Positions 13,142 to 49,386 of a stretch of 64,000 bases of DNA are shown here, piece by piece. Source of the stretch: Stegostoma tigrinum (lineage: Eukaryota); assembly GCF_030684315.1 (NCBI RefSeq), contig NC_081356.1, positions 87,156,835 to 87,220,834 on the forward strand. Direction: 5' to 3'. Both the position numbers and the translations under genes were made by a program. Numbering within the stretch: the first letter of the stretch is position 1; each line of letters opens with the position of its first letter. The notes beneath the pieces were generated by a model. It was not told where the DNA came from. It worked only from the letters and a program-made list of their open reading frames with translations, and ran no database searches.

Positions 13142-15295
13142 GATAATGGGAACTGCAGATGCTGAAGGATCCAAGATAACAAAGTGTGGAGCTGGATGAA
13201 CACAGCAGGCCAAACAGCATCTCAGGAGCACAAAAGTTGACGTGTCGGGCCTAGACCCTTCGTCAGAGAGGGGGATGGGGAGAGGAAACTGGAATAAATA
13301 GGGAGAGAGGGGGAGGTGGACCGAAGATGGAGAGAAAACAAGATAGGAAGGGAGGAGAGTATAGGTGGGGAGGTAGGGAGGGGATAGATCAATCCAGGGA
13401 AGATGGGCAGGTCAAGGAGGCGGGAAGAGGTGGTAGGTAGGAAATGGAGGTACGGCTTGAGGTGGGAGGAAGGGATGGGTGAGAGGAAGAACAGGTCAGG
13501 GAAGCAGAGACAGGCTGGGCTGATTTTGGGATGCAGTCGGGGGAGGGGACGAGCTGAGCTTGTTTTGTGATGTAGTAGGGCAAGGGGAGATTTAGAAGCT
13601 TGTGAAGTCCACATTGATACCATTGGGCTGCAGGGTTCCCAAGCGGAATATGAGTTGCTGTTCCTGCAACCTTCGGGTGGCATCATTGTGGCACTGCAGG
13701 AGGCCCATGATGGACATGTCGTCTGAGTAATGGGAGGGGGAATTAAAATGGTTCGCGACTGGGAGGTGCAGTTGTTTGTTGCGAACCGAGCAGAGGTGTT
13801 CTGCAAAGTGGTCCCCAAGCCTCCGCTTGGTTTCCCCAATGTAGAGGAAGCCACACCGGCTGCAATGGATACAATATACCACAATGGCAGATGTGCAGGT
13901 GAACATCTGCTTGATATCGAAGGTCATCTTGGGGCCTGGGATGGGGGTGAGGGAGGAGGTGTGGGGGCAAGCGTAGCACTTCCTCGGTTGCAGGGGAAAG
14001 TGCCGGGCGTGGTGGGGTTGGAGGGGAGTGTGGAGCGGACAAGGGAGTCGCGGAGAGAGTGGTCTCTCCGGAAGAGAGACAAGGGTGGGGATGGAAAAAT
14101 GGCTGGGGTGGTGGGGTCGGATTGTAGATGGCGGAAGTGTCGGAGGATGACACATTGTATCCGGACGTTGGTGGGGTGGTATGTGAGAACGAGGGGGATC
14201 CTCTGGGGGCAGTTGTGGTGGGGGCAGGGTGTGAGGGATGTGTTGTGGGAAATGTGGGAGACGCGGTCATGGGCGTTCTCGACCACTGCAGGGGGAAAGT
14301 TGCAGTCCTGGAAGAACGAGGACATCTGGGATGTGCGGGAGTGGAATGCCTCAACCTGGCAGCAGATGTGGCAGAGGCGGAGGAATTGGGAATAGGGGAT
14401 GGAATGTTTGCAGAAGGGTGGGTGGGAGGAGGTGTATTCTAGGTAGCTGTGGGACTCAGTGTGCTTGAAATGGACATCAGTTTCTAGCTGGTTACCTGAG
14501 ATGGAGACTGAGAGGTCCAGGAAGGTGAGGGATGTGTTGGAGATGGCCCAGGTGAACTTGAGGTTGGGGTGGAAGGTGTTGGTAAAGTGGATGAACTGTT
14601 CGAGCTCCTCTGGGGAGCAAAAGGCAGCGCCGATACAGTCGTCAATGCAACGGAGGAAGAGGTGGGGTTTGGGGCCTGTGTAGATGCGGAAGAGGGACTG
14701 TTCCACGTAACCTACAAAGAGGCAGGCATAGCTTGGGCCCATGCGGGTACCCATGGCCACCCCCTTTGACTGTAGGAAGTGGGAGGAATCGAAAGAGAAG
14801 TTGTTGAGGGTGAGGACGAGTTCAGCTAGGCGGATGAGGGTATCGCTGGAGGGGGAAGGTCGGGCCTGCGGGACAGGAAGAAGCGGAGGGCCTTGAGGCC
14901 AACTGCATGAGGAATACAGGTGTATAGGGACTGGACGTCCATGGTGAAAATGAGGTATTGGGGGCCAGGGCATTGGAAGTCGTGGAGGAGGTGGAGGGAG
15001 TGGGTGGTGTCACGGACGTAGGTAGGGAGTTCCTGGACCAAAGGGGAGAAAATGGAGTCCAGATAGGTGGAGATGAGTTTGGTGGGGCAGGAACAGGCTG
15101 AGACAATGGGTCAACCAGGGCAAGCAGGTTTGTGGATTTTGGGAAGGAGATAGAAATGGGCTTGGTGGGGGTTGCGGGGTTGGGGAACGATGAGGTTGGA
15201 GGATGTGGGTGGGAGGTCCCCTGAGGTGATGAGGTCATGGATGGTGTTGGAGATGATGATGGTTTGGTGCTCGGGGGTGGGGTCATGATCAAGGG
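13142..15295 (-). mobile_element. Penelope-like retroelement (Neptune-type), 5'-truncated, frameshifted RT + GIY-YIG
   Basis: RT motifs TMDVQSLYT, LNNFSF..KGVAMGTRMGPSYA, LRCIDD, FLDL; Cys linker C..KCYAC; VVYCIHCSRCGFLYIGET; split over 3-4 frames; hammerhead remnant 13239-13266. Confidence 0.93.
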
Positions 15296-15469
15296 AGTTG
15301 GGATGGGGGTTCGTCAGTGCGGTGGGAGGAGCAGATAGGTGGGAGAAAAGCTAGACAGCTCAAGGGTTTCACAGGTGTTTCTGCCACCCGTCTGGGCACT
15401 CCTGGGCTTGAGGTTCCCACCAATCTGTGACGAATTTTCGGGGCGGCTTTGAACCATTCCCTCTGCAAG

Positions 15470-15775
15470 CCATTAGCACCCTCAAAGAAAGTAATACCCC
15501 TGTCCACTGACTAGCGGGAATTGCAAGCCCAACACAGCCCAAACTGGAGGAGAAGCATCCCCATGAAAATGCCAACCGTTTCGATCGTCTGCGGCAGGTG
15601 TTGAGGAAGGCCAAGCGGAATGCAGCGTGCGAAAGCCCGAGCATCCCACCCACTGGCTCCAGCAAATACCGCCTTGCCCCACCTGTGGCAGGACTGAGTG
15701 GTTCCAGCACTGAACTTTCACAACAGCCGAGTGAAGGAAAGTCATCTTCACTGCCCAGGGACTGCCTAATAAAAA
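15470..15775 (+). mobile_element. old RTE-type LINE 3' end
   Basis: WRRSI (15545), CPTCGR (15675-15692), terminal GGGACTGCCTAATAAAAA. Confidence 0.55.
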
Positions 15776-16244
15776 CGGACACCAGTGGACACGTACGCAC
15801 CGGGATCTTGGGCGGCAGCTCTCGGCCCCGACTGTTCCTGAGAGATGACATGATTCCGAGCTATAACCAGAATAACTCCAATGATCAGCGTTCCGAATCC
15901 GCGAACCCAACCGTCTCCAGGCCCTGGCAGCACAAAACACAAATCTAACACTGCGATACGCATCCATAGGACCAGTACTCCAATGTTAATCTCGTTGTTT
16001 CAAATCATAATATTAAATTCATATATTATGGAGGTCTTCAGAGACTGTGTTTGTTATTTCGAACTGAATAGTGAATTTTACTAAGTATCTTTGAGGACCT
16101 GGTAGAGAGTGCGCATGCACAGCCGGGTGAGATCCAGCTGTTGGGAAGGCCCTGTGTTTTCTGTCTGTCCGTACTCTGTTATAAAGGGATTGAGGTTGCA
16201 ATTTTCTCTTCCTTTCTGTCTTCCACCTCACGCCGGTCTCAGCG

Positions 16245-39604
<23,360 letters not shown>

Positions 39605-40134
39605 AAGACGCTTTTCGAAATTCACAAATTCTAAGAAATTCCATTCAAGTGAATATAGTGTAAATCTAAAAGCTAACTTGTGATTTTGTGTATTTCAATT
39701 GTTAACATTTCCTCTATAAAAGCATATTCTAATGTAAACGTGTTTTGTATTCAATTTTTAAACTGATAAAGAACATCTAAATTTTGAATTGAGACTGATT
39801 TTAAAAATCAGTCATTCATATCCATTTATCTAATCTCCGATACCCTTTGTTACAAATGTCAATCCTATAGAGGTATTTTGCACCTTGTTTAACTACAGAG
39901 TGCAAGTTCTATTCTGCCATTCAAGTGTGTGTTAGAATAATGTTTTTGTACGGAAAATTCTTTACCGCTACTAAAATTAGGAAATTTTTGTTTTTTGAGC
40001 AGCAGGTCTAATATGTTGCCTAAACTGGGGTGAAATTTTTCAGGTTGATCTTGGCAATCAAAAGACTGGAGATAGTTATCCCGTCAATCTAGGCTGAATT
40101 GAAGACCAGGTTCCAGAATGTTTTTTCTTTCTTT

Positions 40135-40582
40135 ATTCATTCACTGGATGAGGGTGTCTTTGGCCAGACAGCATTTATTGCCCAGAGGAAACTTAAGAAT
40201 CAACCACAGTGCTGTGGGTCTGGAGTCACACGTATACCAGGTAATGACGGCAGCTTCCTTTGCTAACAGACATTAGTGATCCAGATGGGGTGTTTCCCCT
40301 GACAACCAGCAGTGGATTTTTATTTTATTCATTAATGGGATGAGGACGTTGCTGGCTTGGCAGCATTTATTGCCCTTTCCTAAAGGATATTAGTGAGCCA
40401 GGATTTTTTTTTTACCGAACAGTCGATTCATGGTCATCATTAGATCCTTTACTTCCAGATATTTTGTTAAATTCAGGTTCCGCCATCTACTGTGGTGGGA
40501 TTCAAACGCAGATCCAGAATTTTATCTGGGTTTCTCGATTTAACAGTCTAGCAATAATACCACTAGGCCATTGCCTCCCCCT
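40135..40582 (-). mobile_element. tRNA-head SINE with duplicated 3' part
   Basis: Reverse complement of the 17755-18288 family; CAGCATTTATTGCCC present twice. Confidence 0.65.
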
Positions 40583-41329
40583 AATTAAGACCACGTTCCA
40601 GAAGTGGATGGACAGTGTTTAATCCGCTTCAGTCCAAATGTTCAACCTATTTGTGACAGCAATTAATTGTCACTTCAACACTTTCGTGGAACTGCATTGC
40701 CTTTTAATTTAAATGCTGTGTATACCACTACATTGAATACCATGTAAGTTGCATTTATTGCTCCTCCTTGGTTGTCCTTGAGAAAGTGATAGTGAGCTAA
40801 GCATCCAAAATATTGTGGCATTCATTTTATTACTGAATGCCATTTTAGTTCTGCAAACTATAATTTATCTCACCAGAGTTATGATGGGGCTTGAACATAA
40901 AACCTTTTACAGCAGTTGAGAATGCTGACTTAGGTATTAGGCAGGGTATATTTTTAGTGGCTCTCCAGTGGGAAGCAAAGTGATAAGCACTAGGAGCATT
41001 TCATGCTGTAAATTGTAAAACATTGTCATCTTTTAGTGCAGATAGCTGAAATGGGCCAGATTAAGCAAACAACTTAGAGTGAGATTCTAACTAAATATAT
41101 AGCATGTTGTTTTGCTTTGAGACACAGACTTGAGACACCAATTTTATTTAGCTGTTAGGCTTGTGTTGGGTCTAAATTTGAAAATTCTGTTTTTCAGTCA
41201 TTTGTTACATTAATTTCCCAGGGTGTACATCTTCCTCCATTTATTCCTTTTTCTCTTCCTCCTTTTGTTACAATTCCCTTTCTACCCTTGGAGTTGTGGA
41301 ATGCATAACTCACCACCTGACTCATCAAA

Positions 41330-41422
41330 ACCTTCTGAAGAAGTCCTATCGGACTCAACATTTTTCATTTCTCTGTCAAGAGATGCTGCCAGACTTGCTG
41401 AGTTTCTTCGGTGTTTTCTGTG
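41330..41422 (+). mobile_element. second-family PLE terminal fragment, degenerate hammerhead
   Basis: CTGAAGA-AGTCC(TATC)GGACT then AGATGCTGCCAGACTTGCTGAGTTT. Confidence 0.55.
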
Positions 41423-41639
41423 TCAGTTAAAATAAACATTACCATGTTATGACCACTGTTATTAAGGTTAATTATTTAATAGCTATCAGCACTGACTAGT
41501 TTTATTTAATTAGACCATAAATTTTGGCAACGACATGTGCACTCTTTATTCATCAATGCTCTTCTTTTATCATCGACAGCAAATCTTAGCCAACATTTCC
41601 ACTTCTTTTACATTCTTTCCATATTTCTTTAAGTCTCAG

Positions 41640-42420
41640 CTATGGCTCAGGTGTAACTGTCATCTGAATTGCAAGGCTTTGGGTTCACATGCCACTCCAA
41701 GACTTAGCACACAAAAAGAAATGAAGGCTAGGAACACTGTCAGGAGTTTTTCAAAGACTACTTTCAAATGGAACATTTAAACCAAGACCAATCTGTCGTC
41801 TTGGCTGGATGTAAGTGAAGAGAGACAGACTCGTGTTCTAGGGACAGAGGTTTAAATCCCGCTATTATCACAGATCATGGAATTTAATTTCAGATTATAT
41901 TGAATTCTTAAACACTAATCTATTCGCAACCAAATAATCATTGTCAATTGGCATGAGTAGCATACCCAGCAGGTTCACTAATATCTGCTATGGAAATAAA
42001 TCTGACTTCATTACCTAGTCTGCCCTACATGTGACCCCAGACTCTCAGCAATGTGTTAACTCTTAACTGCCCTCTGAATTGGCCAAGGAAACCATGAAAC
42101 TAAGGATGGCAATAAATGTTGGCCCAGCAGCTATGTCAATGTTTTAGTAATCAATCTTTAAAAATCCTTCGTCACTACCTTTAAAACAGAGCAGAGGTGT
42201 TCTATTGATATGCTGACTAATATTTACCCCTTAAGCAACATCACAAAACAGCTATCTAATTGTTATCACATTGATGCCAACGTGAGTTTTCTGTGTGTAA
42301 GTTGGCTGCCTCTTTCTTACACTACAGCAGTGACTACACTCAAAAAAACTATTTATTTGACTATAAAATAGAGACTTCCAGTGGTCATGTAAAGCATTTA
42401 TGCATAGAAATCTTCTATTT
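41640..42420 (+). mobile_element. DeuSINE (SacSINE1/AmnSINE1-like), interrupted by another SINE at ~41830-42160
   Basis: tRNA-like head, Deu-domain AATATTTACCCCTTAAGCAACATCACAAAACAG..TTATCACATTG..TTGGCTGCC..CAGTGACTACACT, L2-like tail. Confidence 0.65.
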
Positions 42421-42639
42421 CAGGTTGATCAGCATGTTAAAACAAACATTTTAACTTCTGCATAAGACACCGTACAGTTATTGTTCTGCTGTTTGTGTCA
42501 AGTACTCAATATTCTAAGCTAAGTAACTGCCACTTACCAGTTCTGAAAACCCTGATCACTTTTGAAGATGGCGAACAGCAAAATATAACTACAACTCTGC
42601 CAAATCCCAGTATTGATGTGTTAGGGTTCATTCAAAAGT

Positions 42640-44050
42640 TGGAATACATGTAGATCCGAATGCCATTGTCCAAGTAGCAGGACAGACCCAGAAAAGGTGG
42701 CAGCACACTGGTATGTAGTTAGGAGGGAATTGCCCTGGGAGTCTGAACATTGCTCCAGATCCCATGAAGCTTAAACCTGAGCAAGGAAGCCTCCTGCTGA
42801 TTAGCATGTACTGTCCTCTCTCAGCTGATGAATCAGTTCTGGTTCACGTTGAACAACACTTGGAGGATGCACTGAGAATGGCAAGGGCTCAAAATGTACT
42901 CTGGGTGGGGGACTTCAATATTCATCACCAAGCGTGGCATGGCAACAGTATTACTGATCGAATTTTCTTGGGTCCTAAAGGACATATCTACTAGACTGGG
43001 TCTGTGGAAGGTGGTGAGGGAACCGAGGGGAAAAATGTATTTGACGTCATCTTTACTAATCTGCCAGCTGCTGATGCATCTGTCCATGACAGAATTGTTA
43101 AAAGTGACATCTTCACAGTCCTTTTGGAGATGAAGTCCTGCCTTCACATTGGGAATAACCTCCATTGTGTTGTGTGGCACTATCACCGTGCTCAATAGGA
43201 CAGACTTTTAGATCTAGCAACTCACGACTGGGCATCCATGACGCACTGTGGGCCATCGAAAGCAGTAGAATTGTACTCCAGCACAATCTGTAACCTCATG
43301 GCCTGGTATATCCCCTGCACAACCATTACCATCAAGCCAGGGGATCAATCCTGATTCAATGGAGTGTAGGAGGGTATGCCAGGAGCAGCACCAGGCTTGC
43401 CCGAAGATGAAGTGTCAAACTGGTGAAGGTACTAAACAGGACTACTTGCCCAACAGCATAAGTAGCAAGCTAGACAGTGCTAAGCAGTCCCACAATCAGT
43501 GGATCAGATGTAAGCTCTGCAGTCCTGCCACATCCAATAATGAATGATGGTATATGATTAAACAACTCACTGGAGGAGGAGCAAAAACAAAGTTGCTGGA
43601 AAAGCTCAGTAGGTCTGGCAGCATCTGTGAAGGAGAAAATAGAATTAACTTTTCGGGTCTGGTGACTTTTCCTCAGAAGGCTCCTCGCTGGAGAAGGAGG
43701 CCCTACAAATGTCCTCATCCTCAATGATAGAAGAGCCCCGCACATCAATGCAAAGCCTAATGCTGAAGCTTTCACAGAAATCTTCAACCAGAAGTGTTGA
43801 GTCTATGATCCATCTCAACCTTCTCCAATGGTCCCCAGCATTTTCGATATCAATCGTCAGCCAATTCACTTCAATCATATGATCTAAAGAAACAGTTCGA
43901 GACACAGGATACTGCAAAGGCTACAGGTACTAACAACATTTGGCAATAGTCCTCAAAATTCAAAACTTGCTCTCGTAGTCAAGCTGTTTCAGTACAGTTA
44001 CAACACTGGCATCTACCTGTTAATGTGGAAAGTTGAGCAGGTATGTCCTT
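42640..44050 (+). mobile_element. CR1/L2-group LINE, APE endonuclease to RT start, decayed
   Basis: LLLISMYCPLSAD..NVLWVGDFNIHHQAW; KNVFDVIFTN. Confidence 0.8.
43582..43683 (-). mobile_element. second-family PLE terminal copy with hammerhead core (43647-43676)
   Basis: CTGAGGA..GTC(ACCA)GACCC-GAAA-AGTT; 16-bp imperfect direct repeats 43566-43581 / 43684-43699. Confidence 0.75.
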
Positions 44051-44059
44051 GCAACAGTA

Positions 44060-44640
44060 GGTGCATTGCAAATGTTCAAGGTGATTTGGAAAGCTGGAGT
44101 TGATATGAGCCATGATGAACCTGCATGATTTTTCTTCAATACCAGAATGATGGTCTTCTTGAAGTGTTTGGGAACTTCAGGTTGTATTAAGGATTAGTTA
44201 AAGACAACAGCAAATACTCCTACCAGCTGGTCTGCACAGGATCTGAGCGCACAGACAGGGGCTCCATCCAGACCAACCTCATTTCATGGGATAACTCTCA
44301 AGAAGGCCAATCTAATGTCCTTTGGTGCCCATGGGTGCAGGTGCATTCAACGCTGTTGGAACAGATGAATTCATTTTACTGACCTTCTGTTCAACGAACT
44401 GACTCATAAGCCATTGGTTGATGGTTAATCATACTCACATTGCATCAGTTTCCAGGCCATCCAAATACTATACTGCTGTCTTTGCTAATTATGTGTTAAG
44501 AAATGAAATTGTTTGCCAAACCTGTACCAAATTTCTTAAATGTTCTCTTCACTGATGTCCTAATTTTGACAAACACCACTTGATCAAAAATATGCCTATG
44601 TTGACACTGTATTCTGGATTCTGTCTTGTTCACCTATAAC
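44060..44640 (-). mobile_element. Rex1/Babar-type LINE fragment
   Basis: Minus-strand translation ALRSCADQLVGVFAVVFN at ~44200-44250. Confidence 0.6.
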
Positions 44641-45774
44641 CATCAAGTTCCATGAACCTGTACTCAAAATCGTCATCCTCATCTTCAAATCCTTCTATGG
44701 AATTGATCCCTCTTATTTCTGGTATTTTCTGCCATCTCATTTCCTGAACGTGAGATTTCGTTCTTGCAGCTTTGACCTTTTTATATTTGCTCTTAAAACA
44801 CATCAGTTGTCTGAAATTTTTTTTGATTACTCCAACTTTAATAGCCTTCTCAAAATCAAAACTGTACCCTAACTGTATTAACTGTTCAGCATTTGTTACT
44901 TTGTTTGCTGTTTGATGTTTCCAACATTAAGGGCAAATACAAATTGTTGTTGGCTTAGCAGAGGAAGTCTAGCAAAGGCAGGAAATGTGTGACCACAAAC
45001 AAATCTGCAACACAGTGGTTCACTCGTATCAGGCATGGTGACCTACTAATGATAATAGAGATATACCTCAGGAGGCTGAATTCTAGCGTGAAAGCATTAA
45101 TAAAGGAGTTCAATTTTCTTCAAACATGATAGTTGGACAATATGGAACACCCATACAGTCAATCTTGTTCTTAATTATTATGTTTTTACATCTATCCCCT
45201 GAGGAATACATAAACAACATTTCCTGGGTTATACACTTTACCCACACATGAGAAATCTCACACCTGCATATTTCACACACATACTAACAGCAAATTATCT
45301 TAAAGACTTTAGTTATTGCCTCTAAACAGATCAAAATAATCAAGCTTAGAATCACCTGACCTAATTGATGTGCATTCTGTCTTACACACAAAATTATCTT
45401 AGATCTAGGTTTTTTCTATGAGATATAATCCAATATTTTTTTCAAGTTAAAACACACTAGGACAAGGAATCAGAAAAATATACCTGGAATTCAGAAAAAT
45501 AAATAGATAATTGTTCGTCCCCTTATCATCTAAAGGATTATGTTAGATTACAAGTAATTCACTTGTACATAGACCACAAACACATGGGTCATGCAAGGGA
45601 TAAATTATGTTGCAATATCATAGAGAATTAGAAAATAAATTATGTCCTAAGTTAACTCTTCACATCAGCCTGTAGAAGAGGAGACTGGAAAATCCCAAAC
45701 CCAGTCAAAATTACTTGGCAACCAATAACAAATGCAGAATTCAATAAAGCGTATAGTATATAAAGGTTGTTTTA

Positions 45775-45899
45775 GAAATAGAAACTGCAGATGCTGGAGA
45801 ATCTGAGATAACAAGGGGTAGAGCTGGATGAACACAACAGGCCAAGCAGCATCAGAGGAGCTGGAAGGCTGACATTTCAGGCCAAGATCCTTCTTCAGA
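45775..45899 (-). mobile_element. ~125-bp PLE terminal copy, degenerate hammerhead (45871-45898)
   Basis: Tail + CTGGATGAACACAACAGGCCAAGCAGCATCAG..CCTTCTTCAG. Confidence 0.8.
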
Positions 45900-46669
45900 T
45901 AATTTAGTCATTAGTTTTAATATGGTCAGAAGAATAATTTTGCCATTCTGCTTGACAAGATTTTATTAATGCTCATTTAGAAATTATGGTGTATTAAGTG
46001 CAACAAATGTCAAAAACCAAACATGCAGGCAATATGTTCAAAACCAAATCACATAGTGTTTGATTCAACCTTTTGTTTCACCTTCAGCAGAAGCAGGCAT
46101 GCAGTTTGAAGATCAATGACTATGAACAGAGCGTACTGAAGAATCTTGAGATAGAGGGTGTGCAGGGGCAGACGGTCAGGACCTCTCTGAATGCCATGGA
46201 TAATACCATTCTTCATTTTTAATGCTTTATCTCTGTATTCAGTACCTCAAGGCCTTCATCATTGTACTTCAGCAGAACACAAAATGTCTTGTAAACTTTG
46301 TTTCAAAGTGTGATTTATTGTTAGCATTGAAGAATATGGACTGCAGTAGTTCAAGAGGGCAGCTCATCACTACCTTCTCAAGGACAATAAATGCTGGCCC
46401 AGCCAACAATGCCAAATCCTGCAAGTGAATAAAACGTAGCTTCTTGAGCTTTTAAAATGTTCAAGAGACAAAAATGTAATAGAACTTAGTAACTGATTCA
46501 TTATAATTCTCCCACTTTTATACATACATTTACTTCAGGAGAGTTATGTAATGGAGTGGCAGAAGGGAACATCTAGTGAGTTATGAAATATAATCAAGGA
46601 TAGTGGCAATGGAGGAGGATTTTCCTGCTCTTGAAGTGTGGGAATTTGAGGGCACCTTCAACTCAAAGT

Positions 46670-46885
46670 AGAAGCAAAGTCACCGTAGTCTTGCCAGACC
46701 AGAGCAGCTCTCTCATTAGGGATGACTGCTGGTGGTTTTATCCAAGGGTGACCAAACTCAGGTAAGGGGAGAGGTTGTGAAAGAGAATCCTTCATGGTTG
46801 CATCAGCCAATGTGGTAATTGAATCCAAGTTAGAATCACTGTGTATTGTAAATCAGCCATCGAGCCAAGTGAGCTAACTGACTGA
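46670..46885 (-). mobile_element. tRNA-derived SINE (third family)
   Basis: Minus strand CAGTTAGCTCACTTGG (A box)..GGATTCAATTACC (B box). Confidence 0.55.
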
Positions 46886-47294
46886 GCCACTATTTGGAAA
46901 CATCACCTGGTCTCCCTGGAATATTTGAGAATATGGTTTGCAGTCTTTCTGATATTACAGATATTAGAAGAAGTTCACAAAGATATTTTTAAGATGCTAA
47001 TAAGATATGTGTGGATTTTAGGGCATTAAAGCAAAGAGGCAATGGTAAACCGATATAAACTATTACTTTGATCAAATTTATAATCTGGCTTGAGCAACCC
47101 AATAGCAAAGAAGGTGAAAGTCAGAAGATACAGATGGCACCAGGCATGACAGACTTTGGTTTCAAAGACAGATGAGAGAAAATGAGATCAATCTCATCGG
47201 AACTAAAGTGGTTGAGAGGCAGTCTGACAAAGGTGTTTGAAATAGCGAGGAATTTTAGTAATGGAAATCATCCAAAAACCAGGGGAAAAAACCC

Positions 47295-47422
47295 CAAAAG
47301 AACTGTTGTTGCTGTAAATCAGAAACCAAAATAGAGATTGCTGGAAAGCTCAACAGGTCTGGCAGCATTTGTGAAGAGAAGTCAGACTTTACATTTTGGG
47401 TTTGGTGACCCTTCCTCAGAAC
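47295..47422 (-). mobile_element. second-family PLE terminal copy with hammerhead remnant (47390-47419)
   Basis: CTGAGGA-A-GGGTC(ACCA)AACCC-AAAATGTA; homologous to 43582-43683. Confidence 0.75.
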
Positions 47423-48399
47423 GGACAGTGCGATTGAGTCTCTTTGAATGTGACAGTTGTTAGGGTTTGACATTGTGCAAATAGAAAAAACAGTGGAAGC
47501 AAAATCAATCATTACTTTTAAAAAGTAAAGTGAAGAACTAATTTTTAAAAAAGCTAAAGTAATGTCGAGAAAGGAGAGGAGAAGGAATTGGCAAGATCTT
47601 TTAGTGAGTTGGGCCAATTACAATGGCATGAATGTCTTTCTGTATGATGCACAATCTATGGGAAGAATCTTTATTCAATTGCAAGGAGCAGAAAAAGAGA
47701 GATGGGAGCATTTAATCACATAGGAGACATGAAGGTGGTGACGCTGCCAGCTTTGAGCTCCACCTTGATTAAGTCATTGTTTGAAAGGTCTTTGGATAGC
47801 CTTCAGTTCCTGTCAATAATTGAGGCATAAATAGGCAATTAATTGCCATTTTAGAGACACAACTAGCATTAACCCAGAAATGGGCAGGGCCTCACCATGC
47901 AGGGTTTGGTGAGTTTGTATGTGGGCTGTCAGGTGTGTGGGATTTTGCAATAGGTGGTTAGTATCAGAAAGAGTTAATTGAAATCGTGAGGTAGATTTCA
48001 CCCACCCAGATGTAAAGAACTTTTGGAAACAGCTAGGAAAATGAAAATAGAAAGCTCAAGAAGCTCCTCAGACTTAGTCAACTTTACAAAATACAAAAAC
48101 ACCAAAAAAATCACATAACAGAACAACAGAAAATGTATTTAAATCCTTTGATGCAGGAGATTGGTGTTCGAGATGTAGAGCTAAAAGTTACATAAAAAGA
48201 AACAATGAACAGCTTTATTACGATAATCTAACTTTTGTAAGACAGTGGTACATTTCCAGAGAATGTACAAGAGTCAAAAACAACGATTGATCCACAGAGC
48301 TAGTAATGTTTAAATGGACATAGAGGTTGCTGACTTACAGTAAGCATCTTTGAAAGAAAACCCAGAATACTAAGAGATACTTTTGTTGCAGTATGTCAC

Positions 48400-49385
48400 T
48401 ATATGATGAAATGTCAACTCTAGAAGATATGAACCAACCTTTCTTGGATACTAGATGACTCATCTGAAGTGGACATGATGCAGATTGTACAGGTTAACAA
48501 TCATCCAGTTCAAGTCAAACTTGACAGTAGGATGGGTGTTTGAACAAAAGAAAAGCCCTTGTTTGAAGAAAATAGAATTGTAGCCTTCTATTGTGATACC
48601 TTATGAGTGGAAAACCCCCACAATTGAAAGAACATTATGAATATCTTTGTGACTTAAAGATTGTGCAGTACAGAAAAGGAAAGCATGAACCATAATCAGG
48701 ACAACCCCTCTTTGGCATCCACCAAGCACAAGATCACAAACCAAGAAAAGAATATTTTCAAGAAAAAATGCCTCAAACTATTCACAGTTTTAGATAAAGT
48801 TAATGCAGAATACAGCATCACAGTGTCAAACAAAAAGCCAAACCATTGTGTTTGTACACAATGGGAGAGATTCCTTATTCATTAATGAAGTAAGAAAGTA
48901 ATTATCAACATAGATATCATTGCACAGATGACAAAGCCACAGCTCCTATGATTTTCCAATGTCTGACATTGTACAAGGATTAGAGGGTATTATTTGTCAT
49001 GTGGATGCTATTCTAATCCAAACAGAAGGGACAGAAATTCATTTCCAATGAGTAAATAACTGCAGGCAGCAAAGCCTACTCACAAATGAGAAATGAGAGT
49101 TCCCCAAGGGCTCTCTGATTTCTGGGACATATAGTTGACAAAGACGGCTCAGAGCCAGATCCCACGAAAAAAAAGACAGTAAAAGTGTTTCCTGCTCCAA
49201 AGTCAGTTCATGACTTACAGAGATTTCTGGAAACGGTAAACTAGCTAGTAAAATTTTTTACCCACTTGGCATTCATCACTGAATCTTTGAGGCAATTACT
49301 CATGATGTCTGAAAGACGTTGGCTTGGATACAGCTCATGAAGCTTTTTTTTCAGATCAATGACATGCTGGCTTCTGCAGATGTCT
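48400..49385 (+). mobile_element. Ty3/Gypsy pol remnant
   Basis: GIICHVDAILI (~48985), FLGHIVDKDG..PDP (~49119), LQRFL..FLPHLA..LRQLL (~49215-49300), with stops and frameshifts. Confidence 0.7.
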
Positions 49386-49386
49386 T

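Noticed and set aside
13730-14395. 221-aa + strand ORF and other long ORFs overlapping the PLEs (13222-13884, 13743-14354, 26787-27266)
   Set aside because: Antisense or alternate frames of a C-rich PLE strand that rarely contain stops; no recognisable domain.
15369-15967. 116-161-aa ORFs upstream of riok2 as a divergent gene
   Set aside because: GC-rich RTE remnant and promoter; no splice structure or protein family recognised.
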